A stretch of 64,000 nucleotides of DNA from Desulfatiglandales bacterium (GCA_963667015.2 CAXXJJ010000004.1:2304001-2368000); one strand, 5' to 3'; positions 18,516-29,454 are shown, counted from the first letter of the stretch. Notes: generated by a model not told the origin, from the letters alone. Program-made: numbers and translations.

Positions 18516-20015
18516 ATGCCCGGTAAAATCTTAGGAATTGATATCTCAGAACACAGCATATCTGCAGTCCAGGTAATAAGCGGATTAAAGGGATACCAGA
18601 TGGTATCATGCTTTTCCACACCGATAACAGACAACAATCTTGAAAAGGCACTCGAAGAGCTTTCTGAGCGTTTTGACCTTAAAAGCGATAAGAGCCTGTT
18701 AACCATACCTGCCTCCAATGCATCCTTCAGGAATATAAATACCCCCTTCAAGGATTCAAAAAAAATCCGACAGACCATCCCCTTTGAGATAGAAACCCTT
18801 GTACCCTTTGCTATTGATGAATTGATAATAGATTACATCCATACAGATGCGGCTAATCCAGGATCAATTCTGACAGCTGCAATGAACAGGGATTACATAG
18901 GAAAGTATATTGAGCAATTAAAAAACGCAGGGATCGATCCGGATATAATAGATATCCGCCCTGCTCCGGCTGCCACATGGCTTCTTGACCAGGAGAACAC
19001 CTCCGCCAACGGAATCTATCTTGACCTCGAACCCGAACACCCATGTATTGTTATTTTTCAAAATAAAAAAATAGTACTCATCAGGGAATTACCCTGTTCC
19101 TTTGCAGGAAAGGCTGAAGAGGCAAATCCGGATGAAAATGAACATTCTCTTTCGGAACCCATAGAAAGTATAATCAACACCATATGCAGAGAGGCAGACA
19201 GGACCCTTTACTCATATAACTCAAAAATAAAAAACAGTTTTAACATAGAAAAGGTCTTTTTTGGTGGAAGGCTGTCGCTCCACAACAGCAGTTCGGATAT
19301 ATTGAGTAATTTCTTCAAGGCGCCTGCAGAAAGGATCAATGTCAGCAAAGACAGCAGGATTACAATGGAAGCAGGCATTTCAGGCATATACAAGTCGTCA
19401 CTCATGGACAATGCACTTGCCGCGGCAATAAGAGAAGGTAAAAAAAACATCGGTTTCAATTTCAGGAGAGGTGATCTTGCTGTCAAAAGAAACCTTTTTG
19501 GACCAGGCAAGGAAATAAAAAGAATAGCTTATATGGTTTGCGCCTTTCTGCTTATATTATTTATTAACCTCGGCGTGGATTACCATTATATAAGTAAGAA
19601 ACACGCGCTGGTTGAAGAACGTTTCAATAAAGAGTTTGAAAAAAGAATCCCTGAACAAAGGGGCGCAAAAGGAACTAAAGTTCGAATCCAGCTCGTACAG
19701 CAAAAACTTAAAAATCTGCAAAATCCTTCTGCCCAGGTCTCAGATGGTACAATGTCTGATCAAAAAGTACTGGATATCCTGAAAGAGATTTCAACGCGAG
19801 TAGATGAAAAATATGATTTTGATGTCAACAACATGAATATAGGAAACAATGATGTAACTATAGCGGCATCTACTGACAATCTTGATACCGTTACCAAGAT
19901 AAACTCGGCACTGAAAGGATCGCCTCTATTTAGGAAAACAGAGGTAAGGAATATAAAACAGTCAAAGAATAAGGATAGAACAACATTCGAACTAAAACTT
20001 GTAAGGACTGAATAA
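18516..20015 (+). CDS. gspL: Type II secretion protein L (PilM-like actin fold, TM helix, PilN-like tail)
   Basis: ILGIDI, IPFEIE...PF, FNFRRG, single TM helix, periplasmic tail. Confidence 0.8.
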   Translation: MPGKILGIDISEHSISAVQVISGLKGYQMVSCFSTPITDNNLEKALEELSERFDLKSDKSLLTIPASNASFRNINTPFKDSKKIRQTIPFEIETLVPFAIDELIIDYIHTDAANPGSILTAAMNRDYIGKYIEQLKNAGIDPDIIDIRPAPAATWLLDQENTSANGIYLDLEPEHPCIVIFQNKKIVLIRELPCSFAGKAEEANPDENEHSLSEPIESIINTICREADRTLYSYNSKIKNSFNIEKVFFGGRLSLHNSSSDILSNFFKAPAERINVSKDSRITMEAGISGIYKSSLMDNALAAAIREGKKNIGFNFRRGDLAVKRNLFGPGKEIKRIAYMVCAFLLILFINLGVDYHYISKKHALVEERFNKEFEKRIPEQRGAKGTKVRIQLVQQKLKNLQNPSAQVSDGTMSDQKVLDILKEISTRVDEKYDFDVNNMNIGNNDVTIAASTDNLDTVTKINSALKGSPLFRKTEVRNIKQSKNKDRTTFELKLVRTE

Positions 20016-20039
20016 AGATCGAAACTCTGGATAATAAAC

Positions 20040-20564
20040 ATGAAACTGGCTAAACGGGAAAAATTATTTATAGGTGCTGCAGCAGGTATTATCGGGATAA
20101 TTCTTATCCTTAACCTGCTTGTTATCCCCTTTTTTAAAAATAAGAATCATATGGCAAGGGAAACCGAGACCCTGGAAAAATTAATTAAGGATATGGACAG
20201 GGCAGGCATAGCCGGACAGGATATGGCTGAAATATCCGGTGGTCTTGAGAGAGCTTTGGCAAAGAGAAAGGAACCCTCCCTGCTTTCCTTTATTAACAAA
20301 GAAGCTAAAGCTGCAGGTATTGGTCAGGATGAAATGACAAAAACAAATCCATCAAAAGGCAAGGAGAAGGATGGATATATAGAAGACTTCTGTTCATTAG
20401 AGCTTGAGTTAATAACCCTGCCTCAACTGGCTGATTTTCTCTTCCGGATTGAAAAGCCTGAGCAGTTTATCTTTATTAACAATATAAAAATCTCTAAAGA
20501 TAAAAAAGAAGAGGGATATCTTAATGCGAACATCAGGGTGATGTCATATGAAAAAGTGAATTAG
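20040..20564 (+). CDS. gspM: Type II secretion protein M-like
   Basis: LAKREK then TM helix; ITL.QL..FL..IE; position. Confidence 0.75.
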   Translation: MKLAKREKLFIGAAAGIIGIILILNLLVIPFFKNKNHMARETETLEKLIKDMDRAGIAGQDMAEISGGLERALAKRKEPSLLSFINKEAKAAGIGQDEMTKTNPSKGKEKDGYIEDFCSLELELITLPQLADFLFRIEKPEQFIFINNIKISKDKKEEGYLNANIRVMSYEKVN

Positions 20565-20580
20565 GGGCAGTAACCGGAAA

Positions 20581-21477
20581 ATGCATCTGAGTATAAAAGA
20601 TAATAAACAGCAGTTATGGTACATTCTATTAATAGTATGTTTTACGTTTATACTCCTATATGTTAATTTTCCTTCTAAAGCCCTGACCAATTATATCAGG
20701 GTGGAAGCGGAAAAGAGGTTCCCGGCTATTGATATCGGTTTCGATAAAATAGGTTTAACCCTGTCTCCGGGCATAAAAATACGGGGACTGAAAATATCAT
20801 TAAAGGAAGATCCGGATAATCCTGTCTATGTCTCTAAGAAGTCCTCTGTGAGGGTTTCTATCTGGAGCTGGCTTAAGGGTGAACCCAGATACTATTTTAC
20901 AAGTACAGTAATAGGTGGAAAAATATCAGGCTTTTTTGAAGAAAAAGATGAAGTAAAAAAGGAAAGGATCGATGCCGCAATAGATATAGAGGGACTCACA
21001 CTGGATGATAGAATATTTATTCATCCAATAATAAATGGAAGACTGGAAGGAAAATTAACAGGCAAAATCACATTTATGGGGAATCTATCAGACCCCTTAA
21101 AAGGGAATACTGAAATATCACTGAATCTGTCTGATGGCAAGGTTAAATTTAAAACGCCGATTCTGAATCTGGATGAACTTGAGTATAAAAAAATAAATGT
21201 CTCAGGTGTGATCGATAACAGAAGACTCAATATAAAAGATCTTAATATGACAGGCGGGCCAGTAAATTGCACTGCAACCGGCACAATCCAGATAAGCAAT
21301 GACTTTCTTAACAGCAGGTTAAACCTTAAGACGGAAATAGAACCATTGCCGTCTTTATATCAGGAAATGCCTGAGGCAGGGAATGCTATTAACCTGATGA
21401 AAAATAAAATAAAGGACGGCAAATTACTGATTGATTTTCAGGGGACACTCAACAGGGTAATACCTAAATTCAGATAA
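20581..21477 (+). CDS. gspN: Type II secretion protein N-like
   Basis: N-terminal TM helix ending in FP, beta-rich body, C-terminal GTL...P; position. Confidence 0.72.
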   Translation: MHLSIKDNKQQLWYILLIVCFTFILLYVNFPSKALTNYIRVEAEKRFPAIDIGFDKIGLTLSPGIKIRGLKISLKEDPDNPVYVSKKSSVRVSIWSWLKGEPRYYFTSTVIGGKISGFFEEKDEVKKERIDAAIDIEGLTLDDRIFIHPIINGRLEGKLTGKITFMGNLSDPLKGNTEISLNLSDGKVKFKTPILNLDELEYKKINVSGVIDNRRLNIKDLNMTGGPVNCTATGTIQISNDFLNSRLNLKTEIEPLPSLYQEMPEAGNAINLMKNKIKDGKLLIDFQGTLNRVIPKFR

Positions 21478-21489
21478 TAACTATTTATT

Positions 21490-22365
21490 ATGACAAAAAA
21501 CATCTACACTATATTAAATATCCTGCTTATAGGCGCTATTATTTTTTTGGGAGTGGATACCTTTTACCGTATTTTCGAGGCCAGGCTTGATCAGCCAGAT
21601 TTTGCAAAAACTCCAGAAATCAAAAAAACTGGTGAGAAAAGAAAAAGCAGGGTTCAGAGATTAAGCGACTACGAGATAATCAACCGCAGAAGTATTTTTG
21701 GTAAAATTGCACAAAGTGATTTAAACTCTTCTGAAGAGCTTCCCGATCTTGAAAACCTTGAACCCACATCACTCAATATCAGTCTCATAGCCACCTTTGT
21801 TGTTGATCAGGAATATTCCGCTGCGGTTATCTCTGTCAAATCCAAACGACCTCCGCAGGATACATATCATATTGGAGACAGTGTAGAAGGCGCACTGATA
21901 AAAAATATCCTTAGAAATAAAGTAATTCTGAGCATAAAGGGTAAAGACCAAATCCTGGCAAGAGATGAAGAGTCTACTCCGACCGGTTCGGCATCATCTC
22001 CGTCTTCAAGGCCCCCTGTAAATCAAGCAAGCAGTACTCCTTTAACACGGTCAATACAGTTACAGAGAGATGATATTGATGAAGCGCTTGGTGACATTCA
22101 GAATCTTCTTACCCAGGCATCAATTAAACCCCATTTTACAGACGGTGAACCGGATGGTCTTGCAATCACGGGAGTCAAGTCCAATTCTATCTTTAGAAAA
22201 ATGGGATTCAGGAACGGGGATATTGTAAAGAGTGTTGAAGGACAAGAAATTAAAAGCCCCGAGGACCTGATATCTTTTTATGATGATTTACAGTCTGCGG
22301 ACAGCGTGTCCATTCAGTATATAAGAAGAGGTCAGGAAAGGACCAATGAACTTAAGCTCAGATAA
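21490..22365 (+). CDS. gspC: Type II secretion protein C with C-terminal PDZ domain
   Basis: TM helix, I..R.IFG, HR domain, PDZ (S.F.KMG.RNGD.V..V.G, RRG). Confidence 0.85.
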   Translation: MTKNIYTILNILLIGAIIFLGVDTFYRIFEARLDQPDFAKTPEIKKTGEKRKSRVQRLSDYEIINRRSIFGKIAQSDLNSSEELPDLENLEPTSLNISLIATFVVDQEYSAAVISVKSKRPPQDTYHIGDSVEGALIKNILRNKVILSIKGKDQILARDEESTPTGSASSPSSRPPVNQASSTPLTRSIQLQRDDIDEALGDIQNLLTQASIKPHFTDGEPDGLAITGVKSNSIFRKMGFRNGDIVKSVEGQEIKSPEDLISFYDDLQSADSVSIQYIRRGQERTNELKLR

Positions 22366-22418
22366 CATGAGCGAGCTGATGCTCAGTGATTAATACATGA
22401 GTTAGGGCAGCAAAAAAA

Positions 22419-23984
22419 ATGTATAATTCATTTTTCGGACTTAAAGAAACACCATTTAACCTGACGCCTGATCCAAGATACCTGTTTCTCAGCAAGAATC
22501 ACGGTGAAGCGATTGATCACCTCCTTTATGGAATTAATGAGAGAAAAGGTTTTATCCTAATAACAGGAGGGATTGGAACAGGGAAGACGACTCTTTGCCG
22601 TGAGCTTCTCGACAGGCTGGATAAGAATATAAAAAGCGCGCTGATACTTAACTCATATATATCTGATATCGAACTTCTCAGGGTGATTGTACAGGAATTT
22701 GGCGTTAATATTGATACAGACATAGAACCCACAAAAAAAGATTATATTGACGCACTTAACCTGTTTCTCATTGAAAACTTCAGTAACGGAGGAAACGCCG
22801 TTCTGTTAATCGATGAAGCCCAGAACCTGTCCAGAGATGTTCTTGAACAATTGAGGATGATCTCAAATCTGGAGACAGAAAGAGAAAAACTGATCCAGAT
22901 TGTTTTAACAGGTCAACCGGAACTTAATGATATTATTGGAGCACCGTCATTGAGGCAGCTCAATGACAGGATTATTGTACGTTATTTTTTAAAGCCGCTC
23001 GGTTACCATGATATTAGAGGATACATTGACCACAGGCTTATAGTCGCCGGAAGTCATGGGAATATAAAGTTCACCGAAGGGGCATATAAAAAACTGTTTT
23101 CAAAATCAAACGGTAACCCGAGAAGGATAAACAGTATTTGCGATAGGGCGCTTCTAATTGCCTATACCAATGAAACATGTACCGTAACAGCAAGAATTAT
23201 AGAAAAGGCAACAGAAGATCTATACGGATACGAAAACACTGGGAAAAAATCGTACAATAGATTTGGATTACGACCGGGAGTTATCTTCCTGCTCCTGATT
23301 TTTGCATTTACGGCTTTAGCCATTGCCGGATTCAGCAGGAGAGAGGCATTTTTTGAATTTATAGATAGCAATTCAAAAAATGAGATAACACCGAATATTG
23401 ATGATAACACTGCAACAGCCGTAAAGATAACTAAAAAAATTCCCAGCCTGTTTCTGGGAGAGAAAGAGAGTGTCACACAAATATTTTCCCTTTTTTATAA
23501 GTTCTCCGCTGCCGGGCCAAAAGAAGAGAATAAAAGCCGTTTAAATCTGGTCAGCTTTGAACTGGCCCCGGAATATTACATCCTGTTAAAAAAACCATTC
23601 AGGATTAAAACTGCCGGGAACAATGCCGGGCATGAATATCTGCTGATTACGGATGTCAGCGATAAAGGAGCAACATGTCTGGACAGTGAAGGAAATGTTC
23701 AGGAGATATCAAGGAAGTTTCTGTTTGATAACTGGAGTGGAACAGTTTCGTGGATATATCCTGTTTATAATGAAGATCAGGTTCTGAATATCGGCATGAA
23801 GGATCCTTTCCTGGATCGAATGCAGGAGACGCTTAAAGAAATAGGATACATGGTCATGGTTACAGGGATATATGACATGACAACTTTTAACGAGCTGAAA
23901 CGATTCCAGAAAGATTTCGGGTTGCATGTTGACGGTTCAGCCGGCCCCAGAACCAGGGCGCTCTTATATCAGATGGCAGAGTAA
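22419..23984 (+). CDS. exeA: ExeA/GspA family ATPase with C-terminal peptidoglycan-binding domain
   Basis: MY..FFGL...PF..TPDP, GGIGTGKT, LLIDEAQ, GQPEL, TM helix, FQ..FGL.VDG.AGP.T. Confidence 0.88.
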   Translation: MYNSFFGLKETPFNLTPDPRYLFLSKNHGEAIDHLLYGINERKGFILITGGIGTGKTTLCRELLDRLDKNIKSALILNSYISDIELLRVIVQEFGVNIDTDIEPTKKDYIDALNLFLIENFSNGGNAVLLIDEAQNLSRDVLEQLRMISNLETEREKLIQIVLTGQPELNDIIGAPSLRQLNDRIIVRYFLKPLGYHDIRGYIDHRLIVAGSHGNIKFTEGAYKKLFSKSNGNPRRINSICDRALLIAYTNETCTVTARIIEKATEDLYGYENTGKKSYNRFGLRPGVIFLLLIFAFTALAIAGFSRREAFFEFIDSNSKNEITPNIDDNTATAVKITKKIPSLFLGEKESVTQIFSLFYKFSAAGPKEENKSRLNLVSFELAPEYYILLKKPFRIKTAGNNAGHEYLLITDVSDKGATCLDSEGNVQEISRKFLFDNWSGTVSWIYPVYNEDQVLNIGMKDPFLDRMQETLKEIGYMVMVTGIYDMTTFNELKRFQKDFGLHVDGSAGPRTRALLYQMAE

Positions 23985-23985
23985 A

Positions 23986-24708
23986 ATGAGTTATATAAAC
24001 GAAGCATTAAAAAAGGCACAAAGGGACAAAGATGGCGGTCGTAAAGACTATATCCATACAATCGGAAGAACTGCCGGCCTGGAACGTTCCTTTAGAAAAA
24101 AACCCGTTTATATTATTTCTATAATTATTTTACTGGCTTTAATCCTGATATACTCAAAATCAGGAAGGCAGGCTGAACAGGTTACTGATACAGCAGGAAA
24201 ATTAACCGGTGGCATACAGGTAATAGCAGATGATGATAAACATATATTATTGACGGATACAGATAAGCAGCAGGCAGAAGATCATGCAAGTTTAAATAAC
24301 AGTAGAGAAGAAGAAATCATCAGCAACAGAGAAGCGCTCTACAGTCAGGCAAGCTATTATTTAAAAGATGGGAAATTAAAGCAGGCAGAGGGGATATTAA
24401 AAAAAATTCTTAGTCAGGATCCGGGCCATATAAACTCATTGAATGATATGGGAGTATTGTCTCTTAATGAGGACAGATACGAAGACGCAATCAGTTTTTT
24501 TGAAAAGGCCGTGAGACTGAAACCCAAATTTGCAAACCCCTACTATAATCTTGCATGTGCCTATTCACTGAAAAATGACGTTGATAAGGGAATGGTTTAT
24601 CTGCTTAAGGCAATAGAGATTGATGAAAAGGTAAAGGACTGGGCAAATGAAGATCCGGACCTTCAGAACCTTAAGGAATATGCCGAGTTCACGGCTATAA
24701 CTGAATGA
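23986..24708 (+). CDS. ExeB/GspB-like membrane protein with TPR repeats
   Basis: N-terminus MSYINEALKKAQ (GspB-type start), TM helix, TPRs ending YNLAC.YSL...A..DPDL.NL. Confidence 0.7.
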   Translation: MSYINEALKKAQRDKDGGRKDYIHTIGRTAGLERSFRKKPVYIISIIILLALILIYSKSGRQAEQVTDTAGKLTGGIQVIADDDKHILLTDTDKQQAEDHASLNNSREEEIISNREALYSQASYYLKDGKLKQAEGILKKILSQDPGHINSLNDMGVLSLNEDRYEDAISFFEKAVRLKPKFANPYYNLACAYSLKNDVDKGMVYLLKAIEIDEKVKDWANEDPDLQNLKEYAEFTAITE

Positions 24709-24758
24709 AATATAATATATATAAAGGTCCATAATCCATAAACACAGAAGGGTCAATC

Positions 24759-27044
24759 ATGCGACTTAAAAATCATTTTACACTCTTAGCTTTTATTTTC
24801 ACGGTTTGTTTTCTTCTGGCTGGTAACGGCTACAGTGCCCGCCTGTCCGAGGGAAACGAGATAGGATCATCACCGCAGAAAACAAAAAATTCCGAACAGC
24901 CTCCGGAGAACAAAAAGGGGACTCAGACCGGAGCGGAGAAGGAAAATTCCCGTTTTGTACAAATGGATATGCGTGATATGGACATCTCCCACCTGATAAG
25001 TGTTATCAGTGAACTGACGGGGAAAAATTTCATAGTTGATTCCAATGTAAAAGGAAAGGTTACAATCATTTCACCAACAAGGGTATCGGTTGAGGAAGCA
25101 TACAAGACCTTTGAATCTGTTCTGGAGGTGAATAATTTAACGACTGTTCCTGCGGGAAATTCAATAAAGATCCTACCCATCAAGGAGGCAATAAAAAAAG
25201 ATATCGATACCCAGTTCGGGGATACCAGAGAGAACCCGGAAGACAGGCTTATAACCCGTATTGTACCTTTAAAATACGCATCCCCCAAGGATCTGCAGGG
25301 GACCCTAAAGAACTTTAGTTCCGGGATAACACCATATGATCCGACCGGAGTTCTTATTATTACGGATGTACAATCAAATATTATACGCCTTTTAGAAATA
25401 ATCGAAGCATTAGATGTTCCTGGCACAGGAGAGGAAATCACAGTAATACCTCTGAAGCAGGCAAGTGCAAAGACGATAGCGTCTATGCTTAAAACTATTT
25501 TTAAAGCGACTGCTTCCGGCGTTCCGGGGAAAAAGACCAGCCAGACAGCTCAAATGACCATTGAACCGGATGAGAGGACAAACAGCCTGATTGTTGTAGC
25601 TTCGGAAGTTGATACCCTTGCAATAAGAGAACTGATCGACATGCTTGACATTAATACAAAGGTGAAGGAGACATACATGTATATGATCTTCAGAATGCCG
25701 ATGCTGAAGAACTGCAGAAAACACTTATGGCTCTTCCCAAGAACACCAGTCAGCCAGGACAGCAGGGCGCTGCAATACCTGTGCTTTCAAAGGATATTCA
25801 GATTGTTGCGGACGCGCCTACCAACTCATTGATCATCACAGCGCAAAAGGATGAATACGAGATACTTAAAGGTGTGATTGAGAAACTGGACAGACCAAGA
25901 AGCATGGTCTACATACAGGCCCTTGTCATGGAAGTCAGCATGAAAAAGAATTTTGAAATCGGTGTACAATGGCAGGTCGGGGACACCGGTGATTCGGCCT
26001 CATATTTTGCAGCATCCAATCCCGGTGTAAATAACTTTCCATCCGTATCAGTGAAAACGGCTCTGTCAGTCTGGCCACAGGACTGGACATCATGGTATTC
26101 TCGGGAGAAACGATCACTATAGGGGGAATAGAATTTGCTGATCTGGGCGCTGTTTTCAGGGCATATGAGACCGATTCCGATGTACAGATTCACTCCAATC
26201 CCCAGATAATGACTCTTGACAATGAAGAAGCCGCGTTAGGCGTTACAGATAATGTACCATATATAACAAGGCAGGATCAAACTACTTCAGGGAACGACTA
26301 CACTAATTACGATTTCAAAGACGTTGGTGTTAAGCTGAAAATCACACCGCAAATCAACCGCGAAAGGGTTGTACGATTAAATATTGAACAGGAAGTCAGC
26401 CAGGTATCAAGTACAAATGAAGCCGGGCAGCCGACAACCTTTACAAGAACAGTAAATACTACCATAAGATTAAAGGATGGGCAGACAGCTGTGATTGGGG
26501 GACTTATTGATACGAAAGATGACAGAACAAATTACAGGGTGCCTTTGCTCGGGCGTGTTCCCCTTCTGGGCTGGCTGTTCAGATCAAGGACTAACTCCAC
26601 GGAAAAGAAAAACCTCTATTTATTCGTAACTCCGCGTATTATCGAAAACCCGGCAGAGGCAAATGAGCTTTATGAAAATAAAAAAGGACATATTGATAGT
26701 GTTAGAGAAGGTGTTATCAGAATGCATAATGACGGGAAACTCCCGGAAGACATGAGGCGTGTGGAGCTGGGTTACAGACACCTTCAGCTGAAGGATTATG
26801 AAAAGGCATTGAAATATTATCACAAGGCACTTGATAAGAATCCAAACAATGCATATGCAATATATAATATAGGTTATATATATGAGATACAGGGTGAAAA
26901 AGAAAAGGCTATGGAAATGTATGAAAAGCTTATAGCCATGGATCACCTGACAGGGCAACAGACTCAACAGATTCTTTACAGATAGGCCGAAAACTCACTG
27001 ATATGGCAAAGGATAATCTTAAATCTTTAAAGGCAGATAAATAA
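24759..27044 (+). pseudogene. gspD: Type II secretion secretin D with C-terminal TPR extension; three apparent frameshifts (probably sequence errors)
   Basis: N0 TGKNFIVD..VKGKVTIISP, N-repeats DERTNSL / DAPTNSL, secretin PQIMTLDNEEA, DVG..LKITPQI, VP.LG.LFR. Frames join near 25660, 26050 and 26945; the last frame stops at 27044, 1 bp before gspE. Confidence 0.88.
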
Positions 27045-27045
27045 T

Positions 27046-28734
27046 ATGAAATTTCTGGGCGAAATACTGCTGGAACTAAAGGTGCTTTCAGAGGAAGCAC
27101 TGGAGAAGGGTTTAAGGTTTCAGGAAGAAAAAGGCGGATTAATAGGTGAAATACTCGTACGACAGAAGGCATTATCTGAACCCGACCTTCTAAAGGCACT
27201 CGGGATACAATATCATCTGGAATATCAGCCCACCGTTTCTGTAAATGATATTATTACCGATTTTACCGAAAAAATTCCCATACAATACCTGAAAAAATAC
27301 TGCATGATTCCGGTTATAACAAATGACTCCACCAAAATAGCCATTAACAATCCCGTTGATTTTCAACCTCTGGACGATCTGAAACTGCGGTTAGACATTA
27401 AGGATGCCGAACCCTTTCTTGCGCCAAAGGCAGAGATACTCTCCTCCATTAACTTTATATATGACAGCAGCCGGGATTCAGCAGAACAGGTGCTCCAGGA
27501 TATGCACGATGAAAACGGCGACTCCATAATTTCGGCGATGCAGGAAGCCAGCGACCTTCTGGATGACACAAGTGACGCACCTATCATCAAACTTGTAAAT
27601 GTCATGCTCTCCCAGGCGGTAAAAGACAAGGCAAGTGATATCCATATTGAACCGACACAGAAAGGCCTCAAAATCAGGTACCGGCTTGACGGGATACTCT
27701 ATGACATGATCTCGCCCCAAAAACAGATACAGTCTGCACTTATATCACGTGTAAAGGTTATGGCAGATATGAATATAGCGGAAAAGAGACTTCCTCAGGA
27801 CGGCCGCATTGAGATTCGGATCGGAGACAAAAACATTGATATCAGGGCATCAACCATCCCAACGGCTTTCGGAGAAAGGGTAGTATTAAGGCTCCTGGAT
27901 AAAACAAAGATCTTTATAAGTATATCGGAGCTGGGTATGCCTGATGAAAGGCTTGATGAATTTAATGAGCTTATTAATGCTGCACATGGCATCTTTCTTG
28001 TCACTGGCCCTACCGGAAGCGGTAAAACAACTACACTCTATGGCGCACTCTCTACAATTAATAATACGGATAAAAATATTATTACTATTGAAGACCCGAT
28101 TGAGTATCAACTCGATGGCGTTGGCCAGATACAGGTAAATCCTAAAATTGACCTCACATTTGCACGGGGATTACGCTCTATAGTCAGGCAGGACCCTGAT
28201 GTAATTCTTGTGGGAGAGATACGTGATCTTGAAACTGCAGAGATAGCTATACAATCAGCCCTCACAGGCCATCTTGTATTTTCAACGCTCCATACAAACG
28301 ACTCGGCCAGTGCAGTTACAAGACTCATAGATATGGGGATTGAACCTTTTCTTATAACATCATCGGTTATTGCCATTCTCGCCCAGAGGCTTGTTCGTGT
28401 TATTTGTCCAAAATGCAAGGAAGAATATCATCCTGATGAACAATCCCTTGCAAAGGTAGGCATAACCCCTCAAATGCTGAAGGGCAGAAAAATATACAGG
28501 GGCACAGGATGCCCTGCCTGTCTTAATACCGGGTATGCCGGGAGGACAGGTATTTTTGAACTTCTGATTGTCAATGAATCTATCCAGAATCTGATATTGA
28601 AAACATCTGACTCCAATGCTATCAAGCAGAAGGCGATTGAAAACGGAATGGTTACCTTAAGGCAAAACGGTGCTCAAAAAATCCTCAGTGGTATTACCAC
28701 TATTGAGGAGGTATTCAGGGTTACTTATCAGTAA
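27046..28734 (+). CDS. gspE: Type II secretion ATPase E
   Basis: MshEN-like N-terminus (LGEILLE), ASDIHIEP, GPTGSGKTT, RQDPDVILVGEIRD, TGHLVFSTLHTN, tetra-Cys motif. Confidence 0.95.
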   Translation: MKFLGEILLELKVLSEEALEKGLRFQEEKGGLIGEILVRQKALSEPDLLKALGIQYHLEYQPTVSVNDIITDFTEKIPIQYLKKYCMIPVITNDSTKIAINNPVDFQPLDDLKLRLDIKDAEPFLAPKAEILSSINFIYDSSRDSAEQVLQDMHDENGDSIISAMQEASDLLDDTSDAPIIKLVNVMLSQAVKDKASDIHIEPTQKGLKIRYRLDGILYDMISPQKQIQSALISRVKVMADMNIAEKRLPQDGRIEIRIGDKNIDIRASTIPTAFGERVVLRLLDKTKIFISISELGMPDERLDEFNELINAAHGIFLVTGPTGSGKTTTLYGALSTINNTDKNIITIEDPIEYQLDGVGQIQVNPKIDLTFARGLRSIVRQDPDVILVGEIRDLETAEIAIQSALTGHLVFSTLHTNDSASAVTRLIDMGIEPFLITSSVIAILAQRLVRVICPKCKEEYHPDEQSLAKVGITPQMLKGRKIYRGTGCPACLNTGYAGRTGIFELLIVNESIQNLILKTSDSNAIKQKAIENGMVTLRQNGAQKILSGITTIEEVFRVTYQ

Positions 28735-28968
28735 TCTCTAATTAAAGGGCTTAAATAATTGCTTTAAAATATTAATTCAATCATCATTTCTGATCCTTTA
28801 TTTTAGAGTGATACAAATTAATATTAAAATTGCATTAATATTAATATATCTTTTAAATTGCTTCAGGTTATAATTATAACTTGTATTTTTGTCTAATAAA
28901 TGTTATTTACTTTAAGAATCTTAATAATGTTAAATTTAGTCAGGGATGATCTTCAGAGGTGAATTATC

Positions 28969-29259
28969 ATGAAAGTGCAATGTCCTAAATGTAGTGCAAA
29001 ATATAATCTTGACACTTCCAAGATCCCGTCAATTCCTGAAAAAGGAATAACTATAACATGCCCGAAGTGTAAGAATAAATTCCCTTTACTGATAAAACCA
29101 CAGGAAAAAGAAGAAGCTAACAACAAAGAAAAGAAAGATGTTATCATTCCGTGTCCGGACTGCGGTCATGTAAATATATCATCACCAAAATGCCTTGGCT
29201 GCGGAAAGGTATTCAGTAAAGAAGAGCTGCAAAAACTAAAAATTTCCATAGGCGGTTAA
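28969..29259 (+). CDS. Small double zinc-ribbon protein (MJ0042-type N-terminal finger)
   Basis: CPKC...CPKC and CPDC...CLGC; SD GAGG. Confidence 0.75.
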   Translation: MKVQCPKCSAKYNLDTSKIPSIPEKGITITCPKCKNKFPLLIKPQEKEEANNKEKKDVIIPCPDCGHVNISSPKCLGCGKVFSKEELQKLKISIGG

Positions 29260-29454
29260 CCCCTGCAGGAAACGCCTCTTACCGTTCCTCTATCTTTTTG
29301 TGTTACCAGAAACAAATATTTTACTACAGAGATAAGTCAAAATATTGACAACCTCGCTATTTTTATTACATAAAAAAATAACTACCTGGCATAATCTGAC
29401 ACAATACCGCATATAACCGGTTTAATTTACTGATTGTTTTTCCATATTTATTTC

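Noticed and set aside
25640..26960. Programmed frameshifting or phase variation in gspD
   Set aside because: No slippery heptamer or long homopolymer at the junctions, and three successive shifts are implausible as recoding.
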